From contig CM120641.1 in the NCBI GenBank assembly GCA_051362555.1, positions 9,486,001 to 9,550,000 on the forward strand: DNA of 64,000 nt, written 5' to 3'. Within the stretch, counting starts at the first letter, position 1. Each line of letters starts with the position of its first letter. This document shows positions 25,601 through 35,860 of the stretch, piece after piece. Under the pieces are notes generated by a model. It was not told the DNA's origin and ran no database searches. It worked only from the letters and a program-made list of their open reading frames with translations. The DNA is from Lingula anatina. Its lineage: Eukaryota > Animalia > Brachiopoda. The translations under genes were made by a program, and so were the position numbers.

Positions 25601-28600
25601 AAATCATGATAAACTTTTATCGTAACGAAACAGGGAAACAGAAGTGAGAGGTGCTGACTTTAAATACTACCAGATACAAAAGTAATGTTGTTTTAAATTT
25701 GCTATTCATCGTAAAAATGTTAAAACACATTTCACCAAAGATGTAAACTACTTTTTTTTTTTAGAATGAAAAAATTTAAAAAAATGAAGACAACAAATAC
25801 AGATAAGGCATTTTCCAAAATGTTCATTTCCAGGTCAAATAAAAAGACTGAATAGAAAAGTAAATTGAAAAATGTCTAGTGTGGTTCCTTAAACACCAAG
25901 TAAATGGTATTGTTCTGCATGTGGGTGGCATAGATCATAAAGAAAGCTGCAACTTTATCCAAAGATAATGTATCCCTGTCACTAACTGTTTGTTGTATGG
26001 CCTCTCTTTTTACACTGTGTACCTGTCCAATAACACTGAGCAAAAGTTATTTTCTTATACAAAGATGCCATCTTAAATCAGTCCATGAGGTGTTATCATG
26101 AATTCTAATTGTAAACATTAATTATATTGGAGGATTGACACTATAATGTCTTCATTGATGAAAAAATGATGAAATTCAGGATGGGTATCAGACATCAAAG
26201 CTTTGATGGTTTCTGGACATAATTATTCTAGTTTAATTTTATAGCTTTTTGTGTTATCAGCTTGTGAAAGCAAATTAAGCTTCACAGTTCAAATTTGTTT
26301 GACATGCAGAGTTTGTTTAAAGAGGCATAGTTAGTCCTTGAGTAAAAAATAATTATGGATTAGGTATAAGAAAGAGGGTTGTGAGTGGAATTGTAAATTA
26401 TAAAAGGCCCTATTCCTATCTTATCTTAACCCCTCTGTCTCTTGTCAAGAGTTTCTTTTATATTAATTTTTCCACACATGATTATTTATTGGATTATGTT
26501 GGAGGCATTTTGTCATGATCAGTCTGTGACTACAAATAAAAAGATGTTATGCAAACTAATTTCATCCATTGAATCAGCACATTTTGTGAATGAATGCTTC
26601 ATCTGAAATGTGTAACCAAAATGTCTAGATGTTCATTAAATGCTAACTCCAATCAAAAAACCTTTTTGTTTTCTGTTTTTATCTTCACAGGTGTGAGCAT
26701 TTGTGCTCATATATCTTACATCTTAAGGCAGTAAATGCTCTTTTGATTGTGCTAAAGTGAAGCAAAAAGCCATTATCTGATGACTAGCTTTACAGCATTT
26801 GACAGCCAAACTCTTTCTGCATTTTGAAGCTTTTTCAGTCCTTTCCCATTTTGTTTAGTAAAGTCAGGTAAATTAGGTGTCATGAGTATTTTATTTCACT
26901 TTGTTAATGGATCTTGGTGTGGCATTCTTTGAATTGTTTTAAAATGTCTTTTAGGAGCACCCTTTATTTGATCCTTACTGGTAAAATAAAAAAAATGCTT
27001 GGTGTTTAAAGTCAAAGGTTTTTTAAAAGAAAATTTTGTCTTTTAGATACTTGCTGTAACCCTCTGTCCAACAAACCCATTGAAAACTGGACTAACAACA
27101 GACAGATTTAAATACAATGAAAAGAAAACAAATAAAATGTTGGTACCATATTATACCATATTTTTCCCCTTCTTTTTCTTGCAGATAATGTTGGTACTAA
27201 ATGATACTAAACTCATGATCTAGTTTCATTGTCTTAGTACCCTCTACTGGAACAATTGTAGCAGAATTAATTTGCTCCAAGTTAAAAGACTGTAACAACG
27301 TCACAGTTAATCCTCTGCCATGCCACTCAAGAAGGGTGTGCTTGGCCCACTTCAAAGAAATACAACATAACAAAGCAACCCTATGGGAGAAGTGTACCTG
27401 GCTTTTGTTTTAATAAGCTGGCTAATTAAGCTGGGTGCCAATGTTGTAGCTAGTACATGTCCACCATGAATGTCAGAATCCTGGAGTTGGAGAGGTTAGT
27501 GGTATTTCTTAATTTGCTAGAAATAGTACTTGCTTGTACCACTGGAGTCAGTCACTTAGTTCAAAGTTTTTTTTCCTTTTTTTCTTTTTATACTGAAGTA
27601 AAGCTTCTATCAAAAAAAAATGTTGAGGTTGGTAGATTCAGTTTTGAAGAAACAGTACTTGCAGCAACTGAAAACAAGAATGTTGGCCACATAATGACTA
27701 AACAGTCATACACACCACAATATGGGCAAAATAAAGTGTCATTTAGAATGAAGTTATGATTTCTGATTGTCTTCCCCCAGCTTGAATGGTGTTGCACCAT
27801 TCTGTTTAAGCTAAACATATCCCAGGCAGTTTCCCAGTCAAAGTAATGACACAATCAATTTCCTTCCATTCAGAAATTAAGCTCTTACACCATCTGCGTA
27901 AATATTCATTCTCCACACTTGAGATAATGGAGAAATCTTGAGGTAAAACACTGATCATTCCTGGGGGGAGCAATCAATATGTAATAATTCAATTAGATGC
28001 TATGGAAGCAAGTCCAGTTGGTTGATTTATTTGCAATTCTCCACTGTTCTGATTACATTGGAGTACTACTTATGGTTCAGCTTTCAATTAGGGATTTTGC
28101 TTTTTAATTTGGACTCTAGAAAAGGAGAATGGGCTCTGTTTAAAACTAATGACAGCAAGGTCAATATTGCAGACAGACAGATAAATTGCGAGGGTCCCCA
28201 AGGGGGGATTTAGAGGGCTGAGAAAAAAGTGATCTCTGCATCATCAAGTTGTAGGCGATGTCTATCACTGAGTGAAAGCCTTGGTGTCAGCATCCTCTTC
28301 TGTGTGAAGTTTGATATTAAATGATGAATTTAAAGAGTGATTTTGCATTGGACAGAATCATGTTAAAAAAGGGGGATACTGTTTTTTTTTCTTTTGTAAT
28401 CTTTCAGAAGAAATATGGGATATCCTTTTTATACTTACTGCTTCTTTCATGAGCATAAAGACAGAATTTGAAAAAAAAAGAATAGTAAAAAAACATTTTA
28501 CTTGAATCTGTTTTTTCTTAGTTCAGTGTGATTGTTATAACAAACAAATTTTATTTGCAAATGTACAATTTAGGGAAGATCATATTGTTGTTCATTGACT

Positions 28601-28748
28601 TGTTTGAGGCAGTTGTTGAATAAAAATTAGTTAAACAATGTATTGATGATATTGATGGAATTCAACCAGATTAGCTTAATGACCTCATAGACAGATACAA
28701 AGTCAAATGAGAATCTATAACAGAATGACTTCACAAAATTAATTAGTG

Positions 28749-28781
<33 letters not shown>

Positions 28782-30023
28782 TTGCCAGGACACCCACCAC
28801 TGTGAACCTACTTATTATCTATATTTAGTTGTCTCTCAGTCAATGATTCAAAGTAGTAGGCATGAAACCAAGTGGCCATAACTAAACATCAACCTAAAAT
28901 ATGTTTCCTCTCTCTACTGAAAGTATGCTCTGAATGATGGAACAGTACAATTAACGCACCATTGGGATATGTGTATTCAGTTTCTCCTCGTGGCCTTCAA
29001 GTCATGGCTCATATTAAGTAGACAGATTTTTCTGTGAAGAAGTAGAAACACTCCTAATTTTCTTGCTTATAGCTTATTAACATAAACACGTATATATATT
29101 AAATAACAGAATAAAAATTTTCTCCTGTATATAGTAAAAAAAAAATGTTCATTCATGAGAAAACATATAACTATAACCCATCCAGATTTAATCCACAGTC
29201 TCTTTGATGTACATATTTTTATAAGTAATAAGTATTTTTTGTAATTTGTTCTTGTTTGTAATAAATTTCAACCTCATTCTCAATTACTAGATATGATGTG
29301 ATGATGCTCTGTTGGCAAGAGGACATGGCCAGGCGCCCAAGTTTCACCCAACTGCGCAATACAATTGAACAGATGATGGAAAGTATGTGTTCTGACTGCT
29401 ACCTTGATTTAAATATAGATTCTTCAAAAGACTACTATACCATGACTTATCCAGATGACCTTAATGATCCAAAGGGTCAAGGCCATTGTAAAGGTCAGAG
29501 TTTTACAAGCAGCGTAGCTTGTCTAGATGAAACAGTGTGCCACGAGATGAACTTTGAAATTAAAGATGATGGATTTGGTGATGTTGATGATTCTGATGAT
29601 GCTGATGAGAAAAATGGGAATATGTTACATGGCTCAAATGACCATCCTCTAGATACTGTTGTGGCAAAATTTGTCAACTCTAGTCACCAACCTAGTGACA
29701 GAGTTGTTGAAGCACACTGTGAGATCACCACCAGAGACAAGCGCTTGCTTTCTGATGACTCTGCATGTGTGATGTTACACAGGGAAGATGGGAAGGATGA
29801 AGATGAAGATGCTCTGGAAGAATATGTTGACATGACAACAGACAGTAGAACCTATTGGTCAGTTGCAGAAAAAAATCCAACAGATGGTATCCATGGTCTT
29901 ATACCAAAAGTGGCCATCAAAAATAAGTGCGGTATGTTATTTAATAAGTTTTTTGACAGTAACAGCAATGCTGAAAATAACAACAATGGACAAAGTGCCT
30001 CAGAGCAAGACACCCATATGTAG
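173..30023 (+). CDS. Receptor tyrosine kinase (FN3-like ectodomain, TM, Torso/RET/FGFR-related kinase), 5'-partial; join(173..274,1180..1280,1699..1779,1948..2017,2271..2321,3356..3546,4150..4206,4463..4541,4911..5081,5643..5877,6465..6661,7211..7404,7904..8044,8379..8593,8931..9068,29291..30023)
   Basis: 16 exons bounded by AG/GT with consistent phases give one open frame (~918 aa) ending at TAG 30021-30023. Motifs: [63 protein letters not shown]. Exact orthology uncertain. Confidence 0.9.
563..612. repeat. (AT)n microsatellite
   Basis: ~25 AT units; shorter (AT)n also at ~2686-2708 and ~4211-4232. Confidence 0.95.
790..1091. mobile_element. Palindromic MITE, PIF/Harbinger (Tourist)-like
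   Basis: Long imperfect inverted arms (GGCCCCATTCACATCGAGAAGAGC... vs revcomp GACTGCATTCACATTGAGAAGAGC...), TAA on both sides (787-789, 1092-1094). Confidence 0.8.
1180..1280 (+). CDS. RTK exon (GWKSSDISYYRYRQ...NSHQ)
   Basis: ttttAG / CAG|GTATAA, phase 1 to 0, open frame, FN3 'YY-Y' strand. Confidence 0.7.
1699..1779 (+). CDS. RTK exon (TELTSVEFRV...LLYIFQ)
   Basis: ttttAG / CAG|GTAACT, 81 nt phase 0/0; FN3 'Y-x-F-Q-V' motif with next exon. Confidence 0.7.
1948..2017 (+). CDS. RTK exon (VTPVASCAELLVGATANITLNFS)
   Basis: ttgcAG / CAG|GTAATC, phase 0 to 1. Confidence 0.7.
2271..2321 (+). CDS. RTK micro-exon (DCNSVRNFEDCSAQKPK), Cys-pair linker
   Basis: tttcAG / AAG|GTTAGA, 51 nt symmetric phase 1. 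Confidence 0.6.
3356..3546 (+). CDS. RTK exon, second FN3-like domain (VPRYPGRVN...VAWQPPETNPAAVERYELQW...)
   Basis: Within ORF 3277..3594; ttttcAG / CAG|GTAGAG; classic FN3 W-x-PP...Y-x-L-x-W. Confidence 0.85.
4150..4206 (+). CDS. RTK exon (NHLNKTITVREPHRKYGIE)
   Basis: tttAG / GAG|GTAGTA; FN3 P-x-x-x-Y motif. Confidence 0.7.
4463..4541 (+). CDS. RTK exon (IAALGRDEQPEW...FWLP)
   Basis: tttcAG / T|GTATGT, phase 0 to 1. Confidence 0.65.
4911..5081 (+). CDS. RTK exon, Pro-rich juxtamembrane stalk
   Basis: ORF 4910..5104; taatAG / CAG|GTAGAA, symmetric phase 1. Confidence 0.7.
5643..5877 (+). CDS. RTK transmembrane exon (LIIIVPSAMGGFVLLFVACSCA + basic stop-transfer QKRLKKMKTKR)
   Basis: ORF 5603..5881; hydrophobic helix followed by basic residues; ttttacAG / CA|GTAGGT. 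Confidence 0.85.
6465..6661 (+). CDS. RTK kinase subdomains I-II (DQWEI...GEGAFGMV...VAVK)
   Basis: ORF 6457..6672; Gly loop and catalytic Lys; G|GTGAGT donor. Confidence 0.95.
7211..7404 (+). CDS. RTK kinase subdomains III-V (EFLKEICLMKALGHHQHIVSLIGCCT...GDLLHYLK)
   Basis: ORF 7243..7500; tttcAG / CAG|GTACTG. Confidence 0.95.
7904..8044 (+). CDS. RTK kinase insert and subdomain VIa (LSYSDLLSFGRQIAVGM)
   Basis: ORF 7892..8155; tttcAG / ATG|GTAAGA. Confidence 0.92.
8379..8593 (+). CDS. RTK catalytic exon ([20 protein letters not shown]...[45 protein letters not shown])
   Basis: Translated by hand (absent from ORF track); HRD, DFG intact; catcAG / GT|GTAAGT. Confidence 0.95.
8931..9068 (+). 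CDS. RTK kinase subdomains IX-X ([20 protein letters not shown]...GYRMEKPDNCTDE)
   Basis: Translated by hand; ctttAG / TT|GTAAGT. Confidence 0.95.
9357..9603. mobile_element. Near-perfect palindromic MITE, PIF/Harbinger-like
   Basis: TIR GGCTTCRTTCACATGCAATGTCTATTTTC, arms meet at ~9480, 3-bp TSD TTG (9354-9356, 9604-9606). Confidence 0.85.
17387..17405 (+). promoter_or_regulatory. Candidate CTCF site in the giant RTK intron
   Basis: TCCCACCAGATGGCAGCAG matches the CTCF core CCASYAGRKGGCRS. Confidence 0.5.
18474..20552. repeat. Direct tandem duplication, ~1030-bp period, containing (ATTT)n, (CT)n(GT)n(GA)n
   Basis: Near-identical ORFs at 19247 and 20277 (offset 1030); copies differ visibly only in homopolymer/microsatellite lengths. 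Confidence 0.95.
22624..22667. repeat. (TG)n microsatellite
   Basis: ~22 TG units. Confidence 0.95.
28751..28781. repeat. (GA)n microsatellite
   Basis: Imperfect GA run. Confidence 0.9.
29291..30023 (+). CDS. RTK final exon: subdomain XI and long acidic C-terminal tail
   Basis: ORF 29298..30023; phase 2 join gives ...[23 protein letters not shown], continuing the kinase exactly. Confidence 0.92.
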
Positions 30024-31003
30024 ACTATTAAATAGTGTGATTTTGATATAAGAAAAAATCAGTTTAAGCACATATGGACTCATGGATTCCAAATTATTTC
30101 TTGTGGAATTGATGCACTTCTAATGATATGATCATAGAAAAATGTGTGAAGCATTGTTTAAATTTGTATTATTATTAATCTGTACCAAGTAGGCCCCTAT
30201 AGATATGTCAATTCTAACCCAATATATTATTGAGCTAGATTTTTCATTAAATTGATATAAAAAAGCCATTGGTACCTATCTATCATCAATAAATTTACTT
30301 TTCTAGATGAAAATGATTTCATGGGCTGTAAATATGATTCAGATGCCTTACTGATTAACAAAAATGAAATTTTAGATCACTTTTGTTGACTGTAAAATCA
30401 TTTATTTTGCCTTGATTTACTCTTTTTAGTTTATTTCTGATCAGTGTAAAATATGAGTTTATTCCAAACTCACTTAAAGAATGAATTTTTATCCACATTT
30501 TTGCTGGAGTTTAATGTTATAGTCTGTATGAGCATAAACTTGATGGATGTTTCTAATGGAGTTGTTTTGTCCCTGTGATACATGATAGTTTTTGTGATAT
30601 GATAGCAACCTATTCATAATTTTTTAAAAACTTGCAGTTAACATTGTGAATGAGAAGGGTGTCACATGAGCGATTTAGACTTAGATACATAGTGACAGCA
30701 CAAGAGACAAAAAACATTCCATGTCACAAGACATCTTTGATGTCAAGTTTTGCCAAGAAAATCAAAATCTAGTTGTGAAAAAAAATCTGAATTCAAAGAT
30801 AGTAAAAAATTCTTTGACTTGTAAAAATGTTTGCTATGATATCGGATTTAGCTTTTTTTAGTGGTGTAGGATTTGCAAATATTTCTTGTTACACTTTTGG
30901 ACATGTGAAATAGCTGTATCTGGTGGGAGAATGAAGACGCCACTTCGCTTAAGAGCCTATTGTGTCAATGTCACCAATGGAAGTGAAATTCAATGTTCTA
31001 GTA

Positions 31004-31009
31004 AATAAA
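31004..31009 (+). terminator. Candidate distal polyA signal of the RTK (proximal AATAAA at 30288-30293)
   Basis: AATAAA coinciding with the end of the CpG-depleted domain. Confidence 0.45.
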
Positions 31010-34000
31010 ATCAACAAAAACCGAATTCTTGCGTTCCAGCCTACGTTCTGTCAACCTTGTCAGAAAGCACTGACACTTGTGCCACGAGGCCCTGAATGTG
31101 AATATCAGTTTTAAGCGATCAGAAATCGTATCTTAATTTCTTTATTCTCTGAATATAAATTGCAAGAAACATAATCTTGACGTTCAAGTGTTTCTTTTTT
31201 TTTTTCAGAATTACGTGTCATTTACAAAATACAAATTGTATTAAGTTTTACTTAAGGATTAGGTAACTTCTTTTGTTCTCCATCTGTCACCTAGTTTTAT
31301 GTTTTCCCATCATTTTGAAAAATTCCATACCAAGAATTGAATTTGAAATGTGGTATGGAATGTAGACTTGTGTAGACTTTAAGTTCGCCGAATCTGACAA
31401 AGACACAGAAAAGAACCTCCATTGTTTTAACTTAAATGTAAAGGAAAATGTTCGACTTCTTTAATTTTGAAGGAGACAGTTATGAAGCCTTTTAGAATGA
31501 TGTACGCGTGTTTAATTTGCTTGTTATTTTGGGGGCTAGAGCAATGGTGCACTGTACCTGGTTCATTAATTGACTTCCCTGACGTTATTCCATATCTTTA
31601 TCTCCAAAACGCATAATTAAATTAAGATTTTTTAATCCAAGAGACAAGTTGAATATTCATTTATTTATTTTCATTCTTAAATCAGTCACATAAAAACCTT
31701 TGGGTTCTGATGCCATAACCGTGATATTTCGCATTTCTCTAAATGAAGCAAGCCAGCGTTCCAGCCTACGCAATAAACTAATGAGTGGAGAAGGTGTTTT
31801 ATTTCGTCTATTGAAAATACCACGGGTTCTACTGAATGAAAGATCATTGCAAAAAAATAATAATTTATGTTATTAGGTGATAACAGAGCACATAAGTGGC
31901 TATCACTGACTTTAAATGAAAACGACCCCCATCTTTCAGACCATTCCGTGATCCAAGAATCGCTCAACTTCAACAAAAAGGACATAAACTTTCCATTTCG
32001 CTGGAAAATTGTTCCGCAAAAGAATCCATTCCAAGCTTTTGTCACCTCTGGTTTTATAGTGGACGTGGGAGTATCCGTTTGAATTCGGACAAATATCCAC
32101 ATTTTTTACAAAATGCCCGTTGGAATTTTACGACCCCCCGATCATGCGGATTGATAGATGAAAAAGAAAAAAAAACAGCGTATGGGGCACCTACTTAATA
32201 AACAGTGCTAGGTTGTTTTTGGGCTGTTTGCAGAATAAGAAAATATCTGGATTGCGTCTAACTTCTTGCAACATCCAAGGCCTGGTCTTTTTTTATTATT
32301 TTGTTTTAGCCTTCAATCTTGGCCTCCTGGTTGACACCGGTCGTGCAACTCGTCGCTCGCACGTGTCGCCACCACGCTATCAACGAGAGGGCCTATAACT
32401 CAAGGGGCGCAGGTTTTGGTTTACCAGCAGAACGCCTCCGCTGCACTCTCGAGTACATTTCTAGCAATTTTATCCCTTTATCTCTTACTACACCAGTCAT
32501 CAAGTACCGACATAGCCACTGTTGTGTGTTATCGCCTACTACGGATGCCTCGTTCCTCCGCCCTGCTTTGCCTTCAGATTCTGCTCAATCAGACCACACG
32601 CATATTTTAATCAGTCCAGGATGTAAGAATTGATAAATAGATAATTTTATATGTTACCTCTATTTTTTTCCTTTCACTAATTTTTTTGGGAATTAATTTA
32701 TCTATTTATTTTTTGGCAATAGACATATTAGTATCGTATGTATCGTATCTACTTGGGTCTCTCTCGTTGCCATATTTAACACAAGCCTCAGTTACCAGGG
32801 TACGGGGAGGATTAGCATGCAGACGAGTGCTTTCGCCGTAATATTATCATAGAGAGTATCAGATAAATTCTTTATTAATAGCTAACGTTCAAAGGTCTAG
32901 TTAGGGCTCTTGCGATGTAGCGCGAAGTTGTGTATTTGTTGTTGTGTTTATACATATATATTAAATATAACAAGACGTCATTTTTCACTCCTATCCCAGC
33001 AGGGATGTGTTCCGCCCGCGCAGAGGCATGGGGCCCTGGTAATTTGCTGTTTAAAATCGATAAATTCTTAGCAGACTTGTCCCCGTGCGTGGAGCTAAGG
33101 TCATTGCTCATGAATTGGCCACCAAAGACAGTTGGTAACATCCATTGTCGAATACTAAGTGCCTTGATAATTTGACAGATCGGAACTGGTAGTAAGTTAT
33201 CTTGTACGAGATGGGTTCTCGATGATAGCCAATTTAGGCCTTTTGATTCAGACATTGCCCTAGAGAAATATGGAACTAAGAAATAAGCGGTTCCATGATG
33301 AAAATCTAAAGGCCTGTTGTTTGTGGCTAGTTTTTTAAAGCTTTGCTAGTAAATGTGGCTGTTTTTGTAGAAATTTTATTGTGAGTGAATAGACTCGTAA
33401 TTTCTCAGATTTAAATAATGAAACAAAACGTTCAAATAGAACGCTTGTACTATTTTCAAAAAAACCGTTTCTTCTCTGTAGTATTCACGACAGGGCGACT
33501 CGGAGATTCGGTATTTTTGCACCGACTGTTAGATGCCTGTGTACAGAGGCCTGTTTGCCCAGCCCCAAGGTCCAAAGTAGTGTTTAATGGGCTCGGCTAA
33601 CAGCGGACACATTATGTACTGAACATTGTGTCATCCAAACACTGGGGTGCAAGTTTCTTTGTCAATACACTTCTAAGGTAAAGAGCGCTGAGGTGCCTAA
33701 AACTACGTAAATTGGTCGACATTTAACACGATTTAATAGACTAATATTCACGTACGCTATGATTTGTATTGAACACTGAAGCATATTTAAACCTTTAATA
33801 AAATATTTAAGCCCTTAAAGAAACTTATGAGTTTGTAATAGCCCCCATGTTTACACAAGGTGATCCCTCCTATTGATGAAGCGCACTTCATTTTGCGCCT
33901 GTGGTATAAGCCACCTTTTTGTCAAGGACTATAGCGGGTTAGTAATTTGGATCAATTTTCTTCAGTAGTCGGGAAATTTGTTGCATTTTATCAATCATTT

Positions 34001-35854
34001 CGGTAGTTAATGAGGTACGAAACACCAGGGATTACAGTGAACAAATTAGCTGTGATAGCGAGTCTATTCAAACTGGTCCTGCCCCGTGTGATTACACTAT
34101 ATTATTCCTGCAACACGCGGTTCAAAAGGCAGTAGAAGAAAACGCTCGAAACGCCTCTTGACAGGTGTGGGAGAAAATGGAAACGCAAGGAAAAGCCAAA
34201 CGCCCCACCTGATTAACACCCCTGTCGCACGAAAACACAGTCACATGTTTCACGAGTAGACCAGATAGAGATATCTGAACAATTCACGTATAATATGCCA
34301 TAGACGACGTGTATTTTGGAGTACAGGAAACATTAAATCAAGACAAACTGGCCTTGCGGCTTACTTCAACACGTGTTACCTGCTGCGCACAGATTTCATG
34401 CTTCTACTGCATTTCTACTCTCTGTGTAGTGAAACAGTTGTTTGCCTGTGAGATTGCTTCGCTAACAAAGCTCGAATTTCGTAGTCCCGCCGCCTAAATT
34501 TATAGGTAAACGCCCCACATATTAGGTAATGACACTGTTTAGTTTAAAAAGTGTCATCGGTTTTGATTTCGTAGACGGATCTATATGACTAACGCGGTGT
34601 TGGGAGTAACCCGGGACATTTCTGGACCAAAAAGTTCAAATTCTCGAGTGAAGTTAGTCTGAGCTTTATACTACACGGCCCCGGACTGATATCAAAGGGG
34701 TTGATCGGGACACTAAACTCGCTGTTCCCCTTTGCGAGACAGACACAAATTTTGGTCCCGGTGCACAAACAGGAAAACGAACGTATCTGATATAACAATA
34801 TAAGTGATTTAAGGAAATCCCCTCTTGTGTCAAATGTCGAAATGCCTTAATATCTCGATGTCTTTAAATTTTATTGTTAATTTTGTTTAATGTTATTTCA
34901 TAGCTTTTTTAATATGAGAGCGCCTGTCGAAAACCATGACAACCGAAAACTTTTTTTTTTTTGGGGGGGGGGGGAATTACTGGATTTTTTTCAGAGCTTT
35001 ATCTACTAAATTTATACTCACTGTCAATATAATTTCTTAACTCTTTTGACAAAATGGTGCTAACTAAAAAACTCGTCAAACGATGAGCTCGTGGGACGAC
35101 TACCGACTGGAAAAGGGTTCTGATTCAATTTTGAATTCCTTCAACTCTTCCCTGACCTGTCCTGTTCACCCCAATAAGTAAGTCTGTTAAAGAAACTACA
35201 CATCAAGCGCTAAAAATTTCAAACTTTTGAGCCACCCCTGTGCAGGTCCAGAGTCGGGAGTTAACGGGCTTACACGTTATTTGTTCTAAGGAATTTGACC
35301 CCGTGCTTTTGTTTTTCAAGCAGTGGAGGCCGGGGGCGAGTCGTATGTCTCATACGAACAGGAGAAATCAAATGCGTCACTGTAGAAATTTCAAATTCTA
35401 CTTTTATATCTCATTTCATTTAGTCTGTAGCTTTTTAACTACTGGGCCCCCTCTTTCACCTTCACCTTTGTTTACGTGATTTAATTTTCAGAAATTTGTG
35501 GATCAAAATTGCAGTTGAGCGAGAAATTTGACATGGAAGATTATGCATCTAGTGTTTTGGTTATTCAACTTTGAGGGACGAGCAAGCAAAGAGATAACTA
35601 AAGTAGTTTACTTACGTTCCCAGTCGCGCAGCGCGCTTGTCAGAATGGCCAATATAATGTTTACATGCAATCGCGCGCAGAGAAATAGCAGTAACGCAAC
35701 TCAGCACCTAAGTAAACTATTCAAGGCTCTTATTAGAATGATATTATAAACCACACAAGCGCAGCGCCATCGTATCAAAATATACATCCTTTCTTAATTG
35801 TTTCTACTATTTACAAACACTAAAGACACCGCCTCTACATCAACAATACAGCTT

Positions 35855-35860
35855 TTTATT
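35855..35860 (-). terminator. Candidate polyA signal of BMP2/4 (implies ~1.7-kb 3'UTR)
   Basis: AATAAA on - strand, preceded by UGUA motifs and followed by a GT-rich tract (gtgtctttagtgtttgt). Confidence 0.55.

Noticed and set aside
32318-32633. GC-rich block with 104-aa ORF between RTK and BMP2/4
   Set aside because: No recognisable domain, splice sites or TE termini; may be an enhancer but unsupported.
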